DNA from: Myxococcota bacterium
Lineage (GTDB): Bacteria; Myxococcota_A; UBA9160; UBA4427
Assembly: GCA_050618075.1 (NCBI GenBank)
Contig: JBNLVL010000004.1
Span: forward strand, 166,750-230,749
Direction of reading: 5' to 3'
DNA: 64,000 nucleotides
Within the stretch, counting starts at the first letter, position 1, and each line of letters starts with the position of its first letter. The notes below the pieces were generated by a model that saw nothing but the letters and a program-made list of their open reading frames with translations, searched no databases and was not told the DNA's origin. The position numbers and the translations under genes are program-made. This document shows positions 7,250 through 16,730 of this stretch, in pieces.

Positions 7250-9064
7250 GTGAGCACCTCGGACTCCCCCACCGGTCCCGACGATCTCGGGTTCGACCCC
7301 GGCGCCCTGCGCGACCGCTACCGCCAGGAGCGCGACAAGCGCCTGCGCGACGACGGCAACGACCAGTACATCGAGGTCAGCGGCCGCTTCGCCCACTTCC
7401 TGGACGACCCCTACGCGGAGCCCGGCTTCACCCGCGAGCCGCTCTCCGACGAGGTGGAAGTGCTCATCGTGGGCGGCGGCTTCGGCGGCCTGCTGGCGGG
7501 CGCGCGACTGCGCCAGGCCGGGGTCGAGGACATCCGCGTGGTCGATCCGGCCAGCGACTTCGGCGGCACCTGGTACTGGAACCGCTACCCGGGCATCGCC
7601 TGCGACATCGAGTCGTACACCTACCTGCCGCTGCTCGAAGAGGTCGGCTACATGCCGAAGGAGAAGTACTCCTACGGCCCCGAGATCCTCTCCCACAGCC
7701 AGGCCATCGCCCGGAAGTTCGACCTCTACCGCGACGTCTGCTTCCAGACCCGGGTGGAGACCCTGCGCTGGGACGAGGAGTCGGCGCGCTGGATCGTCTC
7801 CACCAACCGGGGCGACCGCATGCAGGCGCACTACGTCTGCCTCGCGACGGGCCCCCTGAACCGTCCCAAGCTGCCGGGCATTCCGGGCATCGAGCGCTTC
7901 CAGGGCCACTCCTTCCACGCGAGCCGCTGGGACTTCGACTACACCGGAGGCGACTCCGACGGCCGGCTCACCGGGCTGCGCGGCAAACGGGTCGGCATCA
8001 TCGGAACCGGGGCCACCGCCGTCCAGTGCGTGCCCCACGTGGGTGAGTGGGCCCGGCACCTGTACGTGTTCCAGCGGACGCCGTCCTCCATCGACGTCAA
8101 GCACAACCCGCCCACCGACCCCGAGTGGGCCGGCGCCCAGGAGCCCGGCTGGCACCAGAAGCGCATGGACAACTTCAACGCCCTGGTCTCCGGCGTACCC
8201 CAGCCCGAGGACCTGGTGAACGACGGCTGGACCGACCTGATCGGCAAGCTCCTCGTCGGAATGCAGCAGGGCCGCAACAACGACCTCTCGCCCGACGGGA
8301 TCGCGCGCGCGGTGGAGCTTGCGGACTTCGAGAAGATGGAGGAGATCCGGGCGCGGGTGGAGTCGGAGGTGAAGGACCCACGCACGGCCGAGGCCCTCAA
8401 GCCCTACTACCGGCAGTTCTGCAAGCGCCCGTGCTTCCACAACGAGTACCTGGAGACCTTCAACCGGCCCAACGTCGAGCTCGTCGACACCCGGGGCCAG
8501 GGCGTCGAGCGCATCACGGAGAAGGGCGCCGTGGTGGACGGCCGCGAGTACGAGCTCGACTGCCTGATCTACGCCAGCGGCTTCGAGGTCGGAACCGACT
8601 ATTCGCGTCGGGCCGGCTTCCAGCTCTACGGCCGCACCGGCGAGAGCCTGAGCGAGCACTGGGCGGAGGGCACCCGCACGCTCCACGGCATGCACGCCCA
8701 CGGCTTCCCGAACTGCTTCATCATGAGCAACGCCCAGGCGGGCTTCACCGCCAGCTACCCGCACATGCTCAACGAGCAGGCCAAGCACCTCGCGTACATC
8801 ATCCGGAGGGGCCTCGACGAGGGCCTCCGCGCGGTGGAGGCCACCGCCGAAGGCGAGCAGGCCTGGATCGACCAGTGCATCGGCCGCGCCCGCAACACCG
8901 GCGACTTCTTCGAGAACTGCACGCCCGGCTACTACAACAACGAGGGCAGGGTCGGGGATCGAAGCGCCCAGGACGGCTTCTACGGCGGCGGCCCCATCGA
9001 GTTCATCGGCATCCTCGAGGCCTGGCGCAGGGCCGGGAAGCTCGAGGGCATGGAGACCCGATAG
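7250..9064 (+). CDS. Type I Baeyer-Villiger monooxygenase (cyclohexanone monooxygenase family)
   Basis: GGGFGG, GGTWYWNRYPG, fingerprint FQGHSFHASRW, GTGATA, FQRTP, CKRPC, CTPGYYNNEG. GTG start after AGGAGG. Confidence 0.92.
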   Translation: MSTSDSPTGPDDLGFDPGALRDRYRQERDKRLRDDGNDQYIEVSGRFAHFLDDPYAEPGFTREPLSDEVEVLIVGGGFGGLLAGARLRQAGVEDIRVVDPASDFGGTWYWNRYPGIACDIESYTYLPLLEEVGYMPKEKYSYGPEILSHSQAIARKFDLYRDVCFQTRVETLRWDEESARWIVSTNRGDRMQAHYVCLATGPLNRPKLPGIPGIERFQGHSFHASRWDFDYTGGDSDGRLTGLRGKRVGIIGTGATAVQCVPHVGEWARHLYVFQRTPSSIDVKHNPPTDPEWAGAQEPGWHQKRMDNFNALVSGVPQPEDLVNDGWTDLIGKLLVGMQQGRNNDLSPDGIARAVELADFEKMEEIRARVESEVKDPRTAEALKPYYRQFCKRPCFHNEYLETFNRPNVELVDTRGQGVERITEKGAVVDGREYELDCLIYASGFEVGTDYSRRAGFQLYGRTGESLSEHWAEGTRTLHGMHAHGFPNCFIMSNAQAGFTASYPHMLNEQAKHLAYIIRRGLDEGLRAVEATAEGEQAWIDQCIGRARNTGDFFENCTPGYYNNEGRVGDRSAQDGFYGGGPIEFIGILEAWRRAGKLEGMETR

Positions 9065-9068
9065 CCCC

Positions 9069-9665
9069 GTGGCAGGTCCGGTCGATCGCCCGACGCGCTC
9101 GCGGCTCGCGATCTGCAATGCCTGCCTGGACCTGATCCAGGAGGGCGTGCTGCAGCCCAGCGCGGACCAGGTGGCGGCGCGCGCGGGGCTCTCGCGACGC
9201 TCGGTGTTCAACCACTTCAAGGATCTCGCGGAGCTGTACGACGCGGTCGCCCGGGCGGCCATGGAGCGCTGCGCGCCGCTGCTGGAGACGATCCCCGAGA
9301 GCCTGCCCCTCGACGAGCGCGTGGCCCGCCTGGCCGAGGTGCGGTCGAGGTTCCTCGAGGCCACCGCCCCGTTCGCCCGCGCGCTCACCGCCCAGTCCCT
9401 GGTGGGGCTCGCCAGCGTCCAGGCGCGGCGCATCTCGTCCGAGGCGCTCGACCGCCAGCGCTCCGAGATCGAGGCCCTGTTCGCCGGCGAGCTCGCGCGG
9501 CTCGAGGAGCCCGAGCGCTCGGAGACCCTCGACGCGCTGGCAGCCGCGGCCAGCGCCGCGACCTGGGAGTACCTGCGCCGGCATCGGGAGCTCGACCCGG
9601 CGCGCGCGCGGGCGGTGCTGGCCCGCAGCCTGCACGGCCTGCTCGGACGCGCGGGGGACGACTGA
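9069..9665 (+). CDS. TetR/AcrR family transcriptional regulator
   Basis: N-terminal HTH PSADQVAARAGLSRRSVFNHF; 4 nt after the BVMO stop. Confidence 0.88.
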   Translation: MAGPVDRPTRSRLAICNACLDLIQEGVLQPSADQVAARAGLSRRSVFNHFKDLAELYDAVARAAMERCAPLLETIPESLPLDERVARLAEVRSRFLEATAPFARALTAQSLVGLASVQARRISSEALDRQRSEIEALFAGELARLEEPERSETLDALAAAASAATWEYLRRHRELDPARARAVLARSLHGLLGRAGDD

Positions 9666-9686
9666 GCGGAGGCGGCGCGAGCCCGT

Positions 9687-10946
9687 TCAGCCGCCGGCGA
9701 CCTCCCGGAAACGCACGGGCACCCGAGCCGGCACCCGGAAGAGCGAGCGGCCCCAGGTGGTCCTCGGCTCCACCAGCTCCAGGTCGGTGAAGCGGGACAC
9801 GAAGCGCCCGATGGCGACCTGCGACTCCAGGCGGGCCAGGTGGGCGCCCAGGCACAGGTGCGCTCCCCCACCGAACGACAGATGGGCCGGCGGCGCGGGC
9901 TCGCCCGCGAAGCGGGCGACGTCGAAGCGTTCGGGGTCGTCATAGTGCCCGGGATCGCGGTTCGCCGCCGCCAGGCCCACGGCGACCTCCTCGTCGGCCT
10001 CGAGCCGGTAGCCCCCGAACTCGGCGGGCTCGTGCAGGATGCGCACGGTCCAGGTGATGGGCCCCGAGTAGCGGAGGCACTCCTCGACGGCGCTCTCGAT
10101 CAGCCCGGGCTCCGCGCGCAGTCGCTCCATCTCGTGGGGGTTGCGGATCAGCGTCGTCAAGCCGTTGCCGATCAGGCCGATCGTCGTCTCGAAGCCGGCG
10201 ATCAGCAGTCCGATGGACTGGACCAGCAGCTCCTCGGCGCTCAGCCGGTCGCCCTCCTCCTCGGCCGCGATGAGCGTCCCCAGCAGATCGTCGGCGGGCT
10301 GGCCGCGGCGCTCCTCGATGAGCCGGTTGAAGTAGCCGGCCAGCCCGTTGCGCGCTCTCTCCACGCGCTCGACGAGCTCGGGCGGGGCGTTGCCGCGGCG
10401 CAGCGCCAGACCGTGGGTGGCGTCGGCGGTCCACTCGGTGAAGGTCTCGCGGTCCTCGACCGGGACGCCCAGCATCTCGCAGATCAGCGTCGCCGGAACC
10501 GGCAGCGCCAGCTCCGAGATCAGGTCCATCTCCCCGCGCCCTGCGGCGCCGTCCAGGAGCTCGTCGGTGACGGCCTCGATGCGCGGCCGCCAGGCGGCGA
10601 TCGCCCGGGGCGTGAACGCCTTGGACACGAGCTTGCGCAGCCGCGTGTGCCTGGGCGGATCCGTGAGCAGCATGAACTGCCCGCGTTCCGCGGCGGCCTC
10701 CTCCGGAGCCTGGCCCGGGAGCGTCCCGTCGGTGCGACGCATGCCCGCTCCGGTCGCCCGGAGCATCCGCAGACAGTCCTCGTAGCGGGTGAGGCGCCAG
10801 ACACCGTCCGGCGTCAGGCTCACCGGGTGCTGCTCGCGGAGATGGCGGTAGATCGGATAGGGGTCTTCCAGGTAGGCCCGATCCGCCGGGTCGGCCCCGT
10901 GCCAGCCCGGCTCGGGCCGCTGCGTGGTCGCGATGGACTCTGCCAT
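9687..10946 (-). CDS. Cytochrome P450
   Basis: DPPRHTRLR, I-helix AGFETT, EECLR (ExxR), heme motif FGGGAHLCLG. Start reassigned to ATG 10946. Confidence 0.93.
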   Translation of the reverse strand: MAESIATTQRPEPGWHGADPADRAYLEDPYPIYRHLREQHPVSLTPDGVWRLTRYEDCLRMLRATGAGMRRTDGTLPGQAPEEAAAERGQFMLLTDPPRHTRLRKLVSKAFTPRAIAAWRPRIEAVTDELLDGAAGRGEMDLISELALPVPATLICEMLGVPVEDRETFTEWTADATHGLALRRGNAPPELVERVERARNGLAGYFNRLIEERRGQPADDLLGTLIAAEEEGDRLSAEELLVQSIGLLIAGFETTIGLIGNGLTTLIRNPHEMERLRAEPGLIESAVEECLRYSGPITWTVRILHEPAEFGGYRLEADEEVAVGLAAANRDPGHYDDPERFDVARFAGEPAPPAHLSFGGGAHLCLGAHLARLESQVAIGRFVSRFTDLELVEPRTTWGRSLFRVPARVPVRFREVAGG

Positions 10947-11033
10947 CCCGTGAGGATCCCGGATCCGGCCCGCCGCGACAACGAGCCCGGACACCTGCCT
11001 CGCCCGGAATCCCCGACGCCCCTTCCGGAACGC

Positions 11034-11062
11034 TTGACGCGAAACGGCCCCCCGCTCATGCT
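11034..11062 (+). promoter_or_regulatory. Putative sigma70-type promoter
   Basis: TTGACG-N17-CATGCT upstream of GAGGAGG RBS and ATG 11086. Confidence 0.5.
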
Positions 11063-11085
11063 GGACCCCATCGAGGAGGTGCCCC

Positions 11086-11733
11086 ATGCCGCGCACCCCG
11101 CCCTGCCCTCCCGTCCGGCGGCGCGCCGCCCTGCTCCTGGCGACCCTGGGCCTGGCATGCCTCACCGGCTGCGCCTATCGGCAGGTGGCTCATCTCGACT
11201 ATGGAGTCCGGCGTGGAATCGACGTGCCGGCCGCTCCGCCGGACCGGGCCCAGGTCGTCTTCTGGGTGTCCGCCATGAATCCCGCCCTCGAGCTCGCGAT
11301 CTACGACGCCGACGAGCAGCTCGGCATCCTCCGCTATGCCACCTGGTTCGCGGTGTCGGTCGTGCCCGGAGACCATCGCTTCGCGGTGGTCGGTCCCAAG
11401 AGCGCCGACTTCACCGTGGGCTCCCTCGAAGCCGGGAAGACCTACATGCTCGAGGCCCAGCTCATCTTCGACGACCGCTTCCGGCTCCAGCCCGTGACGC
11501 CGAAGATGAGACGCTACGGTGGACCCATCACGAACCTCATGAAGGGCTGCTACCCGGTGGCGCCCAACGCGCTCACCGCCGCGGAGAACGCGCGGCTCGA
11601 CGAACGCCGCCGCGCGATCCTGGAGCGCTACTCCGAGAAGTGGCTCACCAGGCCCGAATCCGACCGGCGCCGGCTCGGCCCCGAGCACGCGATCGACGGA
11701 CCGGTCACGGCGCTGCTCGACGACGCGTCCTGA
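11086..11733 (+). CDS. Lipoprotein, possibly DUF2846-like
   Basis: Lipobox LTG-C after a hydrophobic signal; beta-rich domain ending LEAGKTYML; strong RBS. Confidence 0.75.
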   Translation: MPRTPPCPPVRRRAALLLATLGLACLTGCAYRQVAHLDYGVRRGIDVPAAPPDRAQVVFWVSAMNPALELAIYDADEQLGILRYATWFAVSVVPGDHRFAVVGPKSADFTVGSLEAGKTYMLEAQLIFDDRFRLQPVTPKMRRYGGPITNLMKGCYPVAPNALTAAENARLDERRRAILERYSEKWLTRPESDRRRLGPEHAIDGPVTALLDDAS

Positions 11734-11832
11734 GGCCGGGGAGACCGGGGTCACCAGGACGCAGAGGCGGGCTCGGGAGCCGGTCGCGGCAGCGAGGCCT
11801 CTGGGAGGGTGCGGACCGGTCTCCCGGGTGCT

Positions 11833-11854
11833 AAAACTGATCTCGATCATTTTT
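11833..11854. promoter_or_regulatory. Palindromic operator for the TetR at 11904
   Basis: AAAAcTGATC-TC-GATCAtTTTT, an AT-rich island directly upstream of the tetR-monooxygenase operon. Confidence 0.65.
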
Positions 11855-11903
11855 TGGAACGGACGCCCCGGGCCTCTCCGGGCCCGCCGCGAGCACGACG
11901 ACG

Positions 11904-12563
11904 ATGCCCGGATCTCCTCACCCGCCCCGGGCCGCTCCCCACCCGCCGGGCCGACGCGAGCGCAACAAGCGCGAGAAGCTCGAGCGCATCGTGCGCGCCG
12001 CCACCGGGCTCTTCCGGGCGCAGGGCTTCGAGGCCACGACCGGCCGGCAGATCTGCCAGCAGGCCGGCATCGCCACGGGGACGCTCTTTCTCTACGTCCG
12101 CGACAAGCGCGAGCTGCTGTTCCTGATCTTCCGCCCGCGCGCCGAGCGTGCCTTCGCGCGGCTGCCGCGCGGACTGGGGGAGGACGAAGGCGTCGTGGAC
12201 GGCCTGATGCGGCTGTTCGGCGCGTTCCTGCGCATCTACGGCCGCGACGTCGCCCTCGCCAGGCTCTTCGTCCAGGAGCTGCTGTTCCGCAGCGACCCGG
12301 CGGAAGGCATGCAGGCGCTCTCGGCCGAGCTGCGCACCCGGGTGGCCCGCATCGTGGCGGACGCGGTGGAGCGGGGCGAGCTGCGGGCGGACGTGGCGCC
12401 CGACGAGCTGGGGCAGGCGCTCGGCGCCCACTACGTGTTGTGGATCCAGCTGTGGCTCGGCACGGCGGCCGTGGGCCGGCGCGCCGCCGAGCGGGGTCTT
12501 CGCCGGTCCCTCGAGCTGCAGCTCGAGGGCATCGCATCGACGAGCGCGAGGAGTGCGAGATGA
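11904..12563 (+). CDS. TetR/AcrR family transcriptional regulator
   Basis: GRRERNKREK...GFEATT..QICQQAGIATGTLFLY.RDK HTH. Confidence 0.9.
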   Translation: MPGSPHPPRAAPHPPGRRERNKREKLERIVRAATGLFRAQGFEATTGRQICQQAGIATGTLFLYVRDKRELLFLIFRPRAERAFARLPRGLGEDEGVVDGLMRLFGAFLRIYGRDVALARLFVQELLFRSDPAEGMQALSAELRTRVARIVADAVERGELRADVAPDELGQALGAHYVLWIQLWLGTAAVGRRAAERGLRRSLELQLEGIASTSARSAR

Positions 12564-13699
12564 CGAACGACGGAGTGCTGATCGTGGGCGGAGGCATCGC
12601 GGGGCTCGCGACCGCCGCGGGGCTCTTGCGTGCGGGCATCCCGTGCGAGATCGTGGAGCGCGCCCAGGCCTGGGGACCCGTGGGCGCCGGAATCGTCCTG
12701 GGCGTCAACGCCATGCGCGTGATGCGCAGCCTGGGCCTCCAGGACGCGGTCGCCGCCCGGGGCGCGACCCTCAGGCGGGCGTCGATCACCGACCACCGCG
12801 GGCGCACCCTCGGCGCCACGGACTTCGCCCTGCTCGAGCCCGAGTTCGGACCGACCATCGCCCTGCACCGGGCCGCGCTCCACGAGGTGCTGCGGGAGGC
12901 GGCCTCCGGGGTCGAGGTCTCCCTCGGCACCACGGTCGAGAAGCTCGAGCAGCACGAGGGACACGTGGAGGCCCTCCTGAGCGACGGTCGCGTGAGGCGC
13001 TGTGCGCTGGTGGTCGGGGCCGACGGCCTGCGCTCGCGCGTCCGGGAGCTGCTCTTCCCGGGCGATCGCATCCTCTATTCGGGCTACACCTGCTGGCGGT
13101 TGGTGATCCCGTCGCCGGTCGAGCGCATCGAGTTGCGCGAGATGTGGGGGCGCGGCAGGCGCTTCGGGATCGTCCCGGTGGATGAGGAGCGCATCTACTG
13201 CTTCGCGGTCGCCAACGCGCCCCGGGGCGAGCCCGATCCCGACGAGGGTCGGCTGGACCGCTTCCGGCGGCGCTTCGCCGGGTTCGGCGGCCAGGTGCCC
13301 GAGATCCTGGGCGCCCTCCGCGGGCCCGACGACCTCATCCACAACGACCTCGAGGAGCTGGCCGAAGGTCCCTGGCACCAGGGGCGAGTGCTCCTCATCG
13401 GCGATGCCGCCCACGCCATGACGCCCAACATGGGCCAGGGCGCCGCCATGGCTCTCGAGGACTCGATGGTGCTCGTCGAGCTGCTGCGCGGGGGCGGCGC
13501 GGTCCGGGACGTGCTCGCGAGGCTCGTCGAACGCCGCGCGTCGCGGGTGCGCTGGGTGCAGAGCCAGTCGCGGCGCATCGGGCGGGTCGGTCAGCTGGAG
13601 GGCGGACTCACCACGAAGCTGCGCAACCGGGTGCTCCGGGCCGTACCCGACCGCGCCAACGCGCGCGCCCTGCGACGGATGGCGAGCCAGTCCATCTAG
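12560..13699 (+). CDS. FAD-dependent monooxygenase (class A aromatic hydroxylase family)
   Basis: VLIVGGGIAG, VGADGLRS, LIGDAAHAMTPNMGQGA. ATGA overlap with the tetR stop. Confidence 0.92.
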   Translation: MTNDGVLIVGGGIAGLATAAGLLRAGIPCEIVERAQAWGPVGAGIVLGVNAMRVMRSLGLQDAVAARGATLRRASITDHRGRTLGATDFALLEPEFGPTIALHRAALHEVLREAASGVEVSLGTTVEKLEQHEGHVEALLSDGRVRRCALVVGADGLRSRVRELLFPGDRILYSGYTCWRLVIPSPVERIELREMWGRGRRFGIVPVDEERIYCFAVANAPRGEPDPDEGRLDRFRRRFAGFGGQVPEILGALRGPDDLIHNDLEELAEGPWHQGRVLLIGDAAHAMTPNMGQGAAMALEDSMVLVELLRGGGAVRDVLARLVERRASRVRWVQSQSRRIGRVGQLEGGLTTKLRNRVLRAVPDRANARALRRMASQSI

Positions 13700-14778
13700 G
13701 ACGAGCCGGCGCCGTCCGGGATCCACCCCTCGTAGAGCGGGTGCGAGGCGCCGATGGGGAGATCGACCGGCTCGCCGCTGCGCGACGAGTGGTAGATGGC
13801 CGTGACGAGCTCGATCGCGGCCCGCGCGTCGGCGACCGTCACCGGCGGATCCTCTCCCGCCTCGAGCGCGGCGTGGAAGGCCGCGAACTGCCCCTCGTAG
13901 AGCTCCCGGCCCGGCTCGAACCCCGTGAGCGCGGCGTCGATCGCCGCGCCGTCCGCGGGCGTCATCGGCTCGAAGGTCCAGGGCTCCGAGCCCGGCTGGT
14001 AGGGCCGCATCGACGACTCGGCGGAGAGGTGCTCGAAGCCCAGACGCAGGCGGGAGTACTCGCGCGCCGAGCCCAGGGTGGCCGTCAGCGTCGCCAGCGC
14101 GCCGCTCGCGAACTTCAGGGTCGCGACCGCGCAGTCCTCGGTCTCGATGTCGTTCACCCGCGTGTCCACGTGGGCGAACACGCGCTCGACCGGCCCGAGC
14201 AGGCTCTGCAGCAGGTCGTGGGAGTGGATCGCGTGGGAGACGCAGACACCGCCGAGCTCGGTGTCGAAGCGACCGCGCCACTCGACCGCGTAGTAGCCGG
14301 CGCCCCGCTGCCAGAAGGTCTCCACGCTGGCGACGTAGGGCTTCCCGGCCAGACCCTCGGCGATCAGCCGTCGCAGGCGCTCGACGCCGCGGCCGAAGCG
14401 GTACTGGAAGATGGGCATCAGGCGACGACCGCTCGCCTGCTCGCTGGCCGCGATGGCGTCGACGTCCGCCAGCGACCCGGCGAGGGGCTTCTCGCAGACC
14501 ACGTGGAAGCCGCTCTCGAGGGCACGGGTCACCATGGGGCGGTGCCAGTCGGGCGGCGTGCACACGTCGATCACGTCGAGGTCGTCCATGGCGACGAGCT
14601 CGTCGAAGCTGGCCACTCCGCGCTCGACGCCGAGGAGCCCCACGGCCAGGTTGCGCTTGGCCTCGACCGGATCGCAGACGGCCACGATCTCGTAGAGCTC
14701 GGGCAGGTTGCGGAAGGCCGAGAGGTGCTGGAATCCGATCCCGAGACCCACCACGCCGACTCGCAGCCGCCGGCTCAC
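13696..14778 (-). CDS. Gfo/Idh/MocA family NAD(P)-dependent oxidoreductase
   Basis: VGVVGLGIG, DVIDVCTPPDWH, HVVCEKP. GTG start overlapping the upstream stop. Confidence 0.9.
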   Translation of the reverse strand: MSRRLRVGVVGLGIGFQHLSAFRNLPELYEIVAVCDPVEAKRNLAVGLLGVERGVASFDELVAMDDLDVIDVCTPPDWHRPMVTRALESGFHVVCEKPLAGSLADVDAIAASEQASGRRLMPIFQYRFGRGVERLRRLIAEGLAGKPYVASVETFWQRGAGYYAVEWRGRFDTELGGVCVSHAIHSHDLLQSLLGPVERVFAHVDTRVNDIETEDCAVATLKFASGALATLTATLGSAREYSRLRLGFEHLSAESSMRPYQPGSEPWTFEPMTPADGAAIDAALTGFEPGRELYEGQFAAFHAALEAGEDPPVTVADARAAIELVTAIYHSSRSGEPVDLPIGASHPLYEGWIPDGAGSS

Positions 14779-15803
14779 GACCGCCCCCCGGCGAGGTGAC
14801 CGAGCCGCTCGGCGCGTTCCTGGGCGCGCAGGGCGATCTCGCAGACCCGGAAGGTGTGCTCCTGGGGCATGGCCGTCTCGCTGCGGTCGCGCACGTCGTC
14901 GAGGAAGTGCCTCGCGAAGGGCAGCTCGACCTGGGCGCAGTCGATGCGACGCATCTCCTTGCCGTCGACCAGGAAGAGGTGGTTCTCCCCGGTGCGGCCG
15001 CCCAGGTCGCAGTACTTGCGCACCTCGACGTAGCCCTCGGTGCCGAGCACGAAGAGGCGTCCGTCGCCCCAGGTGGCGAGGCCGTCCGGGGTGTACCAGT
15101 CGACCCGCGCCAGCCCGTGGACCCGACCCGCACGGAGGTGGATCTCGCCGTAGTCCTCGAGGCCCGGGTGCTCGGGGTGCGCGTAGTTGGCGACCAGGGA
15201 CGAGCGGACCTCGGCGTCCTCCGCCCCGGCAAACCACAGGAACTGGTCGACCTGGTGGGAGGCGATGTCGCAGAGGATCCCCCCGTAGCGCTCGCGCTCG
15301 AAGAACCACGGCGGCCGCAGGCCGAGGTTTGCGCGGTGGGGCCCCAGCCCGAGAATCTGCACGACGTCGCCGATGGCGCCGCCTCGCACCAGCTCGGCCG
15401 CCCTCACCGTGGCGCGGCTCTCGTGGCGCTCCGAGAAGAAGACGGAGTAGATGCGCCCGGTCTCGCCCTGCACGCGGCGCAGCTCCGCGACCTGCTCCAG
15501 GGTGGTCGCGCCGGGCTTGTCCATCAGGACGTCCTTGCCGTGCTGCATGGCCCGGACGCCGATGCCGGCCCGGTCGGACGGAATCGCGGCCGAGGTCACG
15601 ATGCCGATCGACTCGTCCTCGAGGATCTCGCGCTCGTCGTCGACGCGCTTCGCCCCCGCGAAGGCCCGCGCGAAGCCCTCGGCCTGCTCGGGCAGGCCCG
15701 CGTGGAAGGCCACGAGCTCGGCGCCGGCCGCCATCAGGGCGGCGACCTGTCCGAAGATGTGCGAGTGATCGAGGCCGATCGCTGCAAAGCGGGGCGCGCT
15801 CAT
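14775..15803 (-). CDS. Gfo/Idh/MocA family oxidoreductase
   Basis: FAAIGLDHSHI, GKDVLMDKP, GGILCDIASHQVD, DWYTPDGL. Confidence 0.9.
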   Translation of the reverse strand: MSAPRFAAIGLDHSHIFGQVAALMAAGAELVAFHAGLPEQAEGFARAFAGAKRVDDEREILEDESIGIVTSAAIPSDRAGIGVRAMQHGKDVLMDKPGATTLEQVAELRRVQGETGRIYSVFFSERHESRATVRAAELVRGGAIGDVVQILGLGPHRANLGLRPPWFFERERYGGILCDIASHQVDQFLWFAGAEDAEVRSSLVANYAHPEHPGLEDYGEIHLRAGRVHGLARVDWYTPDGLATWGDGRLFVLGTEGYVEVRKYCDLGGRTGENHLFLVDGKEMRRIDCAQVELPFARHFLDDVRDRSETAMPQEHTFRVCEIALRAQERAERLGHLAGGRS

Positions 15804-15833
15804 CGTGTTCCTTCCGTGGTCCTCGGGTGATGC

Positions 15834-16592
15834 TCAGGGCCGGAGCGGGACGGCGTCCGCCGCTCGGTAGACGCCCAGCGTGCCGCAGCAGCCCATGCGG
15901 CGCTCCTCGGACGGCGGAGCCAGTCGGTGGAGGGAGGCCTCGCCGAGATGGCCCGCCTCGCCCCGGGCGACGGCCGCGATCTGCCGCTCGGTCGCCCGGA
16001 CGGCGGCGCGAGGTCCCTGGTCGTGGAGCGTCTTCCAGCCGGCCGCGCGGGGAGCGAGCAGCCGCGCGGCCTGCCGGTGGAAGCGCGCGAAGGGCTCCGT
16101 GTCGCCGCGCAGGGCGGCGTCGCGCAAGGCCAGGAAGCCCTCGACGCCCGCGTCGCGGCGGGCCCGCGCCGCGCGACCGCTTCCGCTCGTGGTCTGCTCG
16201 TCCTCGGGCAGGGCGTGTGCCCGGGCGTAGGCCGCGGGGTCGTCGAGCACCGCCGACTCGAACGAGATGATCATGTCGCCCGCCTCGGGGAGACCCGCGT
16301 TCTGCATCAGCACCAGGATCTCGAGGGCGCCGTCGCCGTTGACGAGGCGGTGGATCGTCCCGGGGGTGAACCAGACGAAGGCCCCGGGCTCGAGCGGCGT
16401 CTCGCGGTAGCCGCTCGAATCGATGGTCTGGACCGACCCGTGGCCCGCCACCACGAAGTAGGCCTCGGTGCACACCGAGTGGACGTGGGGCGTGCCGCCG
16501 CGCAAGCCGTCCGGGGCCTCGCTGTCGTACACACGAAGATGTGAAGCCCCCACAGCCCCCGGAAAGGGCGGAATCGCGGACCGCGGATTCAT
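15834..16592 (-). CDS. Cupin domain protein
   Basis: PHVH...TEAY and PGTIHRLVN cupin metal motifs; C-terminal GCCG. ATG 16592 after a GGAAGGGGG RBS. Confidence 0.85.
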   Translation of the reverse strand: MNPRSAIPPFPGAVGASHLRVYDSEAPDGLRGGTPHVHSVCTEAYFVVAGHGSVQTIDSSGYRETPLEPGAFVWFTPGTIHRLVNGDGALEILVLMQNAGLPEAGDMIISFESAVLDDPAAYARAHALPEDEQTTSGSGRAARARRDAGVEGFLALRDAALRGDTEPFARFHRQAARLLAPRAAGWKTLHDQGPRAAVRATERQIAAVARGEAGHLGEASLHRLAPPSEERRMGCCGTLGVYRAADAVPLRP

Positions 16593-16730
16593 GATCTTCC
16601 CCCTTCCCAGCGCGGGTCGTTCGCGAGCAGCGCGAAGCATAGAGGATGACGAGATCGGATTGGAGCACGGCTCCATGGCGTGCCACTCCCGGGGAGCGGG
16701 ATGGTAGGATGGCTCTTCGCAGGAGGGTCG

